A stretch of 34,624 bases of DNA. Source: Candidatus Aminicenantes bacterium (GTDB taxonomy: Bacteria; Acidobacteriota; Aminicenantia; Aminicenantales; Aminicenantaceae). The translations under genes and the position numbers were made by a program. Location: positions 1 to 34,624 of the forward strand of contig JAGLRY010000028.1 in the NCBI GenBank assembly GCA_023135995.1, given 5' to 3'. A model generated the notes under the pieces. It saw nothing but the letters and a program-made list of their open reading frames with translations, ran no database searches and was not told the DNA's origin. This document shows, one piece after another, positions 25,268-33,415 of the stretch. Position 1 is the stretch's first letter. Every line of letters starts with the position of its first letter.

Positions 25268-27378
25268 GTCCGAAATCAGATAGAGCCAAGATCGAGTCCA
25301 CCGCGGAAAAACACATCAAAAAAGGCAGACTGGATGAGGCTATTGCCGAGTACAGAAAACTGCTGTCTGGTGATGACCAGGATATCTCCATTCGCAATAT
25401 TCTCGGTGACTTACACATCAAAGCCGACAACAAGATAAAAGCTGTTGAAGAGTTCCAGAGGATCGCTGATTTTTATGAGAATAAAGGGCTCTATTCTAAA
25501 GCTATAGCCATTTACAAAAGGATCAAAAGGCTCGTCCCCGACAATATGGATTCCTCCAAGAGATTGGCTGAACTCTACCGGGATCAAGGATTTTCCTCTG
25601 AAGCCAAAACAGAGTACATGAATCTTGCTCAGAATCTATCCAAGGCCAAAAAAACCAAAGAAGCCATCGGTATATACGAAAGCCTCCTCAAGTTGGATAA
25701 AGATGACATCAATTCACGGCTGACACTTGCAGATCTCTACACAGATGAAAAAATGATCGATCAAGCGCTCGAAGAGCTCAATAAAGTGGCTGAATTCAAA
25801 ATGCGGAAGAACCAACTCAAAGAAGCCGGAGAGATCCTCAACCGTGCCAAAGAGCTTAAAGAAGACCATTCTCGTACCATCACTAATCTCATAGATCTTT
25901 ACAAAAGAGATAACAAGAAGAAGGAAGCGCTGGACCTCGTTGAGGAAATTCTTCAAAAAGACAAAGAGAATCTCAAGGCTATGTATATTTTGGGGAATCT
26001 TCATTTCGAGGACAAAAGCCTTAAAGAGGCCGGAGAGATCTTTTCCCGAATAATTTCCATCAGGCCCAAGGAAGTCGAGGCGAGGGTCAAGCTCGGAAGG
26101 ATCTATATCCAGAAGAGCGAATTAGACCAAGCTTTTGAACAGTATGCGCCTCTTGTCGACACGCTCATCAGAAAACAAAAGAGTGACAAAGCCATTGGAC
26201 TTCTTGGCCTCATTCTGGCTACCCAAAAAGCTCATCTGCCCACACTGGAGAAATTGGCCTCTGTCTACAAATCCATGGACCAAAAGAAGAATTTTGAGCT
26301 GGCCTGTAAGGTCATGCTGGAAGAGTACCGGAAAAACAACCTGAGAGAGAAGATGTTATCTGTTCTCGGTGAACTGCTCAGCACGTTTCCAGAAAATGAG
26401 GCGTATTATAACGAATCCAAACAGCTGAAGAAAGATCTGGGGATCTTGGAGGAAGCGGGAGAAGAGGAGGAAACTTCGATCCAGGTGGAAGAGGCGAAGA
26501 ACATCGTCGACTCTACTCTGGCAAAGGCTGAATTATACGTCGATCAAGGGTTGATCCGGAACGCAAGACGGCTCTTAGAAAATTTGAGGATCAAGTTTCC
26601 CGATGATATGCGAATCGCCCAAAAGATCGATTCTTTAAAGATCATTGCCGGTGATATTAAAGTGGATGAGATTTCAGACAGAGTGGATAAGGTCACAAAA
26701 AGGGAGACCCAGATATTCCCGACAGTCGGTGAAATTTCCAAAGATAGAAAGTCATTTCTTGATGAGGCGGTTGGAGAAGAAAAACTCACTTCGGCAGATA
26801 TCTTTGCGGAAACAGACATCGTCCCCATTGTCTCCGAAGAGTTAGGCGAAAGAAATTATTATGATCTCTCTGAACGGATCGCCAAGGAATTGGATGCCAT
26901 AAAGGCCGCCTATAACAATCAGATCAAAGGTGACACCACGATCGTCGAAAAGGCCCTGAGCGATATCATCGCGGAATTCCGCAAGGCCCTGGATGAGAAA
27001 GTGGAAAAAGAGGATTATGAGAGCCATTACAACCTGGGCATTGCTTTCTTGGAGCAGGAGCTGTTTGATGAGGCCATTGAAGAGTGCAAACTCGCAGCCG
27101 AAGATAAAAGCCTGGAAGTCGAGTGCTACAGTGTCATCAGCTTTTGTTACAGGCAGAAAAAGGAATACAAAGAGGCCATGAAATGGATCGACAAAGCCCA
27201 AGGTGTATCGGAGAAGGATACAAACCAAGATTTTGCGCTCCAATATGAACTCGCTTCCCTGTATGAAGATATGAAGGATCCGAAAAAAGCGTTAAGGATC
27301 TACGACGAAGTCAACAAATGGAATCCGGAATACCGCGATGTCGCAGAAAGAATAAAGTCCCTCCAGAATAAAAAATAG
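25264..27378 (+). CDS. Large TPR-repeat protein
   Basis: The 704-aa ORF has repeated 34-aa A/Y/L-patterned helices throughout. Its start overlaps the rnhB stop as ATGA. I recognise no catalytic motif. Confidence 0.7.
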   Translation: MSPKSDRAKIESTAEKHIKKGRLDEAIAEYRKLLSGDDQDISIRNILGDLHIKADNKIKAVEEFQRIADFYENKGLYSKAIAIYKRIKRLVPDNMDSSKRLAELYRDQGFSSEAKTEYMNLAQNLSKAKKTKEAIGIYESLLKLDKDDINSRLTLADLYTDEKMIDQALEELNKVAEFKMRKNQLKEAGEILNRAKELKEDHSRTITNLIDLYKRDNKKKEALDLVEEILQKDKENLKAMYILGNLHFEDKSLKEAGEIFSRIISIRPKEVEARVKLGRIYIQKSELDQAFEQYAPLVDTLIRKQKSDKAIGLLGLILATQKAHLPTLEKLASVYKSMDQKKNFELACKVMLEEYRKNNLREKMLSVLGELLSTFPENEAYYNESKQLKKDLGILEEAGEEEETSIQVEEAKNIVDSTLAKAELYVDQGLIRNARRLLENLRIKFPDDMRIAQKIDSLKIIAGDIKVDEISDRVDKVTKRETQIFPTVGEISKDRKSFLDEAVGEEKLTSADIFAETDIVPIVSEELGERNYYDLSERIAKELDAIKAAYNNQIKGDTTIVEKALSDIIAEFRKALDEKVEKEDYESHYNLGIAFLEQELFDEAIEECKLAAEDKSLEVECYSVISFCYRQKKEYKEAMKWIDKAQGVSEKDTNQDFALQYELASLYEDMKDPKKALRIYDEVNKWNPEYRDVAERIKSLQNKK

Positions 27379-27507
27379 GCTTTTCCCATCACACAAATGT
27401 TAAGCGCCTCGTTTTCTGCACGCCCTCAAAACTCTTTCTAAAAATCTATCAAATCGTGCACCGTGAGAATATGCACTGAGGGGATTCGTTATCTGTATTG
27501 AGCCAGC

Positions 27508-28950
27508 TTGGCATTGTTTAAAAATTCCGGCGAGGTGATACTGTTGCGAACTCCTCCATTCCTCCTAAAAGTTATGGATTTGATCAAGGAAGTGATCCCA
27601 TCGGAGCGGGTGGTGCTTCATATCAATAATGAGAGGCATCAGACGATTGTCCGAAGCTCAGAAAACAAAACTGACCGCCTGACTGAGGAATTCTGCTCAT
27701 GGGTGATCCAACAGGTGTTGGATAGCCAATGCCCTCTCGTTTTTAATTCTCAAGACCCAGAGCACACTCTCCCAACCGGCGGGATGCTCTGGAGAAAAAA
27801 CAACCAAAACATACTCTGTGTTCCCCTTGTAGATCTGGATCATCCTTTGGGGGCGCTGTGTGTTATTCGGTACTCTGGTTCTGGCCCTTACACGGACAAG
27901 AACCTGGACCTCTTGGCTGAGTTGGCAAAACCCATAAAGTATATTTTGCGGAATTATTTAAATAAAAATGGAGAATTGGATTCCCCCTCCATTTTTAACC
28001 ATGTAGCTCTTATTGGACGGAGCGAGCGTTTTGTAAATGTGCTGCGGATGATCGACAAGGTGAAAAACACAGATGTTTCCGTTTTTATCTGGGGCGAAAG
28101 CGGAACGGGGAAAGAATTGATCGCCCGCAAAATCCATGAGGAGGGGCGAACACGGGAGGGGAGATTTGTCGCCGTCAACTGCGGTGCGATCCCCGATTTT
28201 TTGATGGAGAGCGAGTTGTTTGGCCACGTTAAGGGAGCCTTTACTGGCGCACTGAGGGATAAGCCGGGCCTTATCGAGGATGCTCACGAAGGAACCTTTT
28301 TTCTGGATGAGATTGGAGATTTGTCTCCCCCTCTTCAGTCCAAACTGCTCAGGTTATTGCAAGAAAAGGAATTCCGGAGAGTTGGAGACAATCGTATCCG
28401 AAGAGTGGATGTGCGCTTTATCAGTGCAACAAACAAAAAAATTGAGAGGGAAGTGGCCCGAGGTCGTTTCCGGGAAGACCTTTATTATCGCTTGAAAATA
28501 TTCACTGTAGAGATTCCTCCTCTTCGCGAAAGAAGGGAAGATATCCTTTTTCTGCTGAATCACTTCATTGGAAAATACTGCCAACGGATGAGGCGTGAAA
28601 GAGTGTATTTATCCCCGCGGAGCCTCGAGCTTTTGATGAATTATTCTTGGCCTGGAAATGTCAGGGAACTTCAGAATGAGATCCAGAGGTGTCTTGTCCT
28701 CTGCGGAGATGATTGTCTGATCAAAGAGGAGCATCTCTCTTCGAGGATCAATCTTCGGCAGGAAATTCATAATCCCTCCTCATATGATTATTTTCGTGCT
28801 AAAGCGGATTTTGAGAAAAGGTTTTTGAATCAGGCTCTATCTCAATTCCAGTACAATAGAGCAAAGACAGCGGCTCAGATCGGTTTGAGCAGACAGGGAC
28901 TCTTTAAATTGATCAAAAAACACAACATCCCTATTCCTGAGCGTAAGTAA
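27508..28950 (+). CDS. Sigma-54-dependent transcriptional activator (GAF-like sensor + AAA+ + Fis-type HTH)
   Basis: Has Walker A GESGTGKE, the GAFTGA loop (KGAFTGAL), Walker B FFLDEIGD and a C-terminal HTH (NRAKTAAQIGLSRQGLFKLIKK). It has no receiver domain and the N-terminus looks GAF-like. The start is uncertain (TTG 27508 or ATG 27574). Confidence 0.88.
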   Translation: MALFKNSGEVILLRTPPFLLKVMDLIKEVIPSERVVLHINNERHQTIVRSSENKTDRLTEEFCSWVIQQVLDSQCPLVFNSQDPEHTLPTGGMLWRKNNQNILCVPLVDLDHPLGALCVIRYSGSGPYTDKNLDLLAELAKPIKYILRNYLNKNGELDSPSIFNHVALIGRSERFVNVLRMIDKVKNTDVSVFIWGESGTGKELIARKIHEEGRTREGRFVAVNCGAIPDFLMESELFGHVKGAFTGALRDKPGLIEDAHEGTFFLDEIGDLSPPLQSKLLRLLQEKEFRRVGDNRIRRVDVRFISATNKKIEREVARGRFREDLYYRLKIFTVEIPPLRERREDILFLLNHFIGKYCQRMRRERVYLSPRSLELLMNYSWPGNVRELQNEIQRCLVLCGDDCLIKEEHLSSRINLRQEIHNPSSYDYFRAKADFEKRFLNQALSQFQYNRAKTAAQIGLSRQGLFKLIKKHNIPIPERK

Positions 28951-29059
28951 GGTGATGGATGTGTAGTGGTCGGATCGGGCCGCTCAAAAAGCGAATAATA
29001 TAGAATCAGTCTGCGAGATACCTTGCGAATTTCTGTGGATTCTGCTAAATTTTTGACAA

Positions 29060-29329
29060 ATGAACAAAGAGAAATCGAGAGTGTTTCGCATGAGTTGTCC
29101 GGTGTGTCGGTCTGTTCTATGGATCGATCCAGTGAGTCAAGAAGTCGCGAAATCTGAAAAAGCGCAAAAAAAGAAGGGTACTCTGGATGAACTGCTAGAG
29201 AAAGAAAAGAAGAGAAAGAGTGAATTCGATCGCAAGTTTGAAGCGACGGCAGAACTGGAGAGAGAGAAGAAGAAAAAAGCACAGGAAAAGTTTGCGGAGG
29301 TTTTAACCAAGATAGGTTCTGATGAGTGA
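29060..29329 (+). CDS. Small hypothetical protein, single CxxC followed by a Lys/Glu-rich helix
   Basis: An 89-aa ORF, or 79 aa from ATG 29090. It has MSCPVCRSVLWIDP followed by highly charged KEKKRK/EREKKKK segments. I recognise no family, and coding status rests on ORF length and position only. Confidence 0.45.
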   Translation: MNKEKSRVFRMSCPVCRSVLWIDPVSQEVAKSEKAQKKKGTLDELLEKEKKRKSEFDRKFEATAELEREKKKKAQEKFAEVLTKIGSDE

Positions 29330-29379
29330 ATGCCCCTGCGTTTCGTTTCATGCGATGAGCCCCATTGACTGTAGAGAAT

Positions 29380-30504
29380 ATGGAGAGAGGATTGAACCTA
29401 TTCCAAATTGATGCAGGAAAAGAATGGAGAGGAGGTCAAAGACAGTCTCTCTTTCTGGCAAAAGAACTCCAAAAAAATTCCTATCCCTTCAAATTCTATG
29501 TCCAACCCGGGAGTCCTCTTCACACAGAAGCCCTTGAAGTCGACCTGCCTGTCATTCCTCTGAAAATGAGGAGCGAGACGGATGCTTTGGCCATTTTGCG
29601 TTTGGCCAGTGAGATGAAGCGTCATAGATGTCAATTGGTTCATTGTCATGATGCCCATTCTGTGGCTGTGGGTTCAGCGGCAGCCTCCCTGGCCAAAGTT
29701 CCTCTGCGTGTGATCTCACGGAATGTGGATTTCCCGATCAAAAAAAATTTCCTGTCGCAGCTCAAGTACACCAAGAACATCGATGTGATCATCGCTGTAT
29801 CCCAGGGGATTAAAAAAGTATTGGTCGATGGGGGGATCGATCCCGCTCTCATCAAAGTCATACCAGACGGCATCGATTATTCCCCCTTTGATGAAGCGGC
29901 GGCCAGTGATTATCTGCATCGGGAGCTTAACTTCGGACGCGACGATTTTCTCGTGGGGATCGTTGCTCATCTGGCAGATCACAAGGGACACAAATATTTG
30001 ATCAGGGCAACGGAAATTCTCAAGGCAAAGGCGCCCCAGATCAGAGTGATTATTGTGGGTGAGGGTCCGCTGCGGATGGAGCTTGACAAGCTGGTGAAAC
30101 AAACCCATGTGGAAGACATGGTTTTTTTTCTGGGATTTCGGGAAGATGTCCCCCAAATATTAGCGTCTCTGGATCTATTTGTGCTTTCCTCCTATCTTGA
30201 AGGTATGGGGAGCAGCATTCTGGATGCCATGGCGAGCCGGCTCCCAGTGGTGGCCACCCGAACCGGAGGTATCCCTGAAGTCGTCGTGAATGGTGAGACC
30301 GGTCTGCTCGTGCCCCCAAAGAGCCCTGCCGCCCTCGCTAAAGCAATCCTGAGGATCTATGGAGACAGAGAATTGGGAAGACGTCTTGGCCAAAAAGGGT
30401 ACGAGGTTGTCCATCAAAAGTTTTCAGCCGAAGCCATGGCCGCCAAGGTGATCCTAGAGTATGAACGCATCGCCCAGAAACAGAACATCAAACTGACAAC
30501 CTGA
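29380..30504 (+). CDS. Glycosyltransferase family 4
   Basis: Has the GT4 motif FVLSSYLEGMGSSILDAMASRLPVVATRTGGIPEVVVNGETGLLV. ATG 29380 is preferred over the track start at TTG 29365. Confidence 0.85.
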   Translation: MERGLNLFQIDAGKEWRGGQRQSLFLAKELQKNSYPFKFYVQPGSPLHTEALEVDLPVIPLKMRSETDALAILRLASEMKRHRCQLVHCHDAHSVAVGSAAASLAKVPLRVISRNVDFPIKKNFLSQLKYTKNIDVIIAVSQGIKKVLVDGGIDPALIKVIPDGIDYSPFDEAAASDYLHRELNFGRDDFLVGIVAHLADHKGHKYLIRATEILKAKAPQIRVIIVGEGPLRMELDKLVKQTHVEDMVFFLGFREDVPQILASLDLFVLSSYLEGMGSSILDAMASRLPVVATRTGGIPEVVVNGETGLLVPPKSPAALAKAILRIYGDRELGRRLGQKGYEVVHQKFSAEAMAAKVILEYERIAQKQNIKLTT

Positions 30505-30588
30505 ATTCATAAAAAATGCCGATGCGAATGATAACGGACACAACTCAAAGATCTTCCCTTCAGAGGCAGACAATGTCTGTATTTCGGT

Positions 30589-31791
30589 ATGAAAAAAGAG
30601 ATCGGATTAGTACCTAAAACGCTTATTCTGTTAGTCATATTTACCATCGGAGTCTGTCTGCATCTTTCTCTCATCAAAAATCCGGATAATTATCAGGTCT
30701 TTGGGAATGCGGCAGAGAATCTATTTTATAAACAGAACCTTTATGCAAAGTATGGGATCCTGGATTACTTTAAATACAGTCCTCTGGCTGCAATAATGAT
30801 CGTCCCCTTTGGGTTCCTTATCGACGAAGTGGGTATGTTCCTCTTCCTTTTCCTCCAGTACTGGCTATTCTTTTGGGGATTCTGGAGGTGGACAAAATCT
30901 GCTGGCTTCCGTATAGATCAATCCTCCAGCATGATGATCCTGGCTTTAATATCTGTCGTCTCGGATTCTCTTCTGGCCGTCCAAATCTGCCAGGTCAATG
31001 CGGGCATTTTTGGTCTCATGCTGTTGGCTGCGGCACAGTATTCAGAGGGGAAGCATCTTAAGTCAGGGTTGTTGCTCTCGTTGGCGACGAGCCTGAAACT
31101 ATTTCCTTTCACCCTGGCCTTTTGCTTCTTAACGGATTTTAAGAAAAAATTCTGGCTGGTTTTTTGGGTGGGCCTTGCTTTTTGGTTCTTTTTGCCCGCG
31201 TTGTTAATAGGGGTTGATTACAACTTCGAACTTTTGCGTGAGTGGTACAATCTTATGACCTGGGATCAAACACGCAATCTCGAGATGCTCGATATCGGGA
31301 ATTTTCTGAATCTCCATTTTGGTATTTCTCAAGTTATTCGCAATCCCATGGCTGTCGTGTTTGGTCTATTTGTCGGCGTGGCCTCTCTCTATCTTTTCCG
31401 TAAAGGGAGGACAGAACTGATCGCTAGATTCCTTGTGCCTGTCAACGGCCTGTATGTCCTTCTTTTTTCTTATCTCAGTGAATCTGCCACTTCTATTCTC
31501 GCCACCCCAGCCATTTTTTTGATCGCCATGGAAGCACTAAATGAAAAAACACGAGCTTGGCGGTATTGGATCCTCTGGATACTAGCGCTGCTTCTCATCC
31601 CTGTGTTTTATTCGGACCTTGTGCCTAAATCTTGGTCCTTATGGGCCCGGGGCTTTCACCTGAAAACAGTCGGTTACGTCTATATCTCGATCGTCATCGG
31701 TTTTCTGTTTGCAAAGCACTACAAAAAAAGTACTGCTGAAAATCCGCAGCTCTCATTCCAAGATCATCACAATAAAGAATACCTGGGCTGA
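30589..31791 (+). CDS. Polytopic membrane protein, GT-C/DUF2029-like (GT87-type) glycosyltransferase candidate
   Basis: The 400-aa ORF has about 10 TM helices. An early loop (YKQNLYAKYGILDYFKYSPLAAIMIVPF) resembles the DUF2029/GT87 pattern. The call is tentative. Confidence 0.5.
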   Translation: MKKEIGLVPKTLILLVIFTIGVCLHLSLIKNPDNYQVFGNAAENLFYKQNLYAKYGILDYFKYSPLAAIMIVPFGFLIDEVGMFLFLFLQYWLFFWGFWRWTKSAGFRIDQSSSMMILALISVVSDSLLAVQICQVNAGIFGLMLLAAAQYSEGKHLKSGLLLSLATSLKLFPFTLAFCFLTDFKKKFWLVFWVGLAFWFFLPALLIGVDYNFELLREWYNLMTWDQTRNLEMLDIGNFLNLHFGISQVIRNPMAVVFGLFVGVASLYLFRKGRTELIARFLVPVNGLYVLLFSYLSESATSILATPAIFLIAMEALNEKTRAWRYWILWILALLLIPVFYSDLVPKSWSLWARGFHLKTVGYVYISIVIGFLFAKHYKKSTAENPQLSFQDHHNKEYLG

Positions 31792-31804
31792 TCAGTTTAA
31801 TTAT

Positions 31805-31853
31805 ATAGAATCAGAGGTGATGGATGGAGCGAAGACATCTCCTTTGATTCTAT
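31805..31853. terminator. Long imperfect hairpin between convergent GT-C and nhaC genes (possible bidirectional terminator)
   Basis: ATAGAATCAGAGGTGATG (31805-31822) pairs with CATCTCCTTTGATTCTAT (31836-31853) at 16 of 18 positions. There is no U-tract on either side, so intrinsic-terminator status is weak. Confidence 0.3.
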
Positions 31854-31896
31854 CTCTAAAGGTGCTCGTTATTAGGGTGAACCTAGGGAGTAAGAG

Positions 31897-33327
31897 CTAA
31901 CTCCCGATCTGAGTCTCATCCTCCCTGATCTTGGGTGTCATACTGAATCCAGTCAATCCGAAGATGGCCAGGATCACAACAGCGGTATAGTTCATGACAG
32001 CCCAGATGAGATAGGAAAATGTTGGGACACCTATGGTGCCTGTGATGTAAACACCTGCCATACTCCATGGGATAAGGGGGACGATAATGGCTCCGCTTTC
32101 CTCGATGATCCGGGAAAGGTTCTTTGCAGCAAGGCCCTTTTTCTTGTAGATGGGAGCTAGAAGCTCGCCGGGGATGATCATGGAAAGATAAGAACTCCCT
32201 GTGACAAGCGCCATGACGATCGATGCGGATATTGTTGTAAAAACGATACTCCAGACTTTATTGGCAAATTTCATCAATTTATCCAGTATGACTTGGAGCA
32301 TCCCTGTCCGCTGCATGATTCCCCCAAAACTGAATGCGGTGAAGGCGACCAATTGGGTCTCCATCATGCTCATCATTCCACCCCTTGAGATCAACTGGTC
32401 GACCTGTTCCACACCTGTGTGCGCCACATAGCCGGTGTTCAGGGCAGTGGCGATCTCAGTGATCGAAGCTTTTTGAAAGACGACGGCGAGTATTCCCGCG
32501 ATGAAAGAGGAGAACAACATGCCGGGTATTGTGGGTTTTTTTGTGGCGGCAAAGTAGAAGACGACCACCATCGGTAGGAGAAGGAGGATGTTGAAATTGA
32601 AGTTTTCTTTGAGAGTTTGTGTGATCAATATCAAACTTTCAGACTCGACATCTCCGCCTCCATATTTTAGCCCAACAATGAAGTACACCAACATCCCGAT
32701 GAGCCAGGCCGGTGTTGCCGACCACATCATGTGTTTGATGTGGTCAAAAAGATTGGAGCCCGCAGCAACAGGAGCCAGGTTTGTGACATCGGAGAAGGGT
32801 GACATTTTGTCTCCGAAGTAAGCCCCTGAGACAATGGCACCGGCCGCAGGCCCAAGGGGAATCCCCAGGCCAATAGCGATACCGATAAAGGCAACGCCTA
32901 AGGTTCCGATGGTTCCCCAGGAAGTCCCTGTCGAGATCGAAGTGAGTGAACAGACGAAACAGGCTGTGACGAGGAAGAATTTTGGTGAGATCAGTTTGAG
33001 ACCATAGTATATGACCATGGGGATCGTCCCGCTGGCGATCCAGGCGCCGATCAGAATGCCCACACATAACATGATCAGAATGGCTGGCATGGCTTTGTGG
33101 ATGCTGTCGACGATTCCCCGTTCCATATCTTCCCATTTGAAGCGCAGGATCAAGCCCATACACCCAGTGATGAAAGCCGCAGCAACAAGAAGGACTTGCG
33201 GACGGATTTTGTACACACCATAACCCACGCCGAGGAGAAGGCCCATGGCAATAAGGGGAATGAGAGATACACCAAAACTCGGCGTTTTTGTTTTGGTTTG
33301 TTTGTCCTTTTGGTTTTCTGTGTTCAT
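31897..33327 (-). CDS. nhaC: NhaC-family Na+/H+ antiporter-type transporter
   Basis: The 476-aa polytopic protein has NhaC-like organisation and motifs (GTSWGTIGT, AGAIVSGAYFGDKMSP.SD). The true substrate is unknown. Confidence 0.75.
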   Translation of the reverse strand: MNTENQKDKQTKTKTPSFGVSLIPLIAMGLLLGVGYGVYKIRPQVLLVAAAFITGCMGLILRFKWEDMERGIVDSIHKAMPAILIMLCVGILIGAWIASGTIPMVIYYGLKLISPKFFLVTACFVCSLTSISTGTSWGTIGTLGVAFIGIAIGLGIPLGPAAGAIVSGAYFGDKMSPFSDVTNLAPVAAGSNLFDHIKHMMWSATPAWLIGMLVYFIVGLKYGGGDVESESLILITQTLKENFNFNILLLLPMVVVFYFAATKKPTIPGMLFSSFIAGILAVVFQKASITEIATALNTGYVAHTGVEQVDQLISRGGMMSMMETQLVAFTAFSFGGIMQRTGMLQVILDKLMKFANKVWSIVFTTISASIVMALVTGSSYLSMIIPGELLAPIYKKKGLAAKNLSRIIEESGAIIVPLIPWSMAGVYITGTIGVPTFSYLIWAVMNYTAVVILAIFGLTGFSMTPKIREDETQIGS

Positions 33328-33362
33328 CTTTCGTCCTTTTAACTCTGGATATTTATAACCAT

Positions 33363-33380
33363 CAGATTTTTAAAAATCTG
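33363..33380. promoter_or_regulatory. Perfect 18-bp palindrome CAGATTTTTAAAAATCTG between iadA stop and nhaC start
   Basis: It has exact dyad symmetry with no loop, which fits a dimeric DNA-binding-protein site better than an RNA hairpin. It lies 36 nt upstream of the nhaC ATG. Confidence 0.3.
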
Positions 33381-33415
33381 AAAATTGTCCTGCTGCTCAA
33401 TTCCCTTGTTACGAC

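Noticed and set aside
31709-31900. A 63-aa plus-strand ORF, and mini-ORFs behind the SD-like GGTGATGGATG blocks at 28951 and 31816.
   Set aside because: It overlaps the 3' end of the GT-C gene and runs through the terminator-like hairpin. The SD-to-ATG spacing is too short, and the mini-ORFs are 3-14 codons with no conservation between the two sites.
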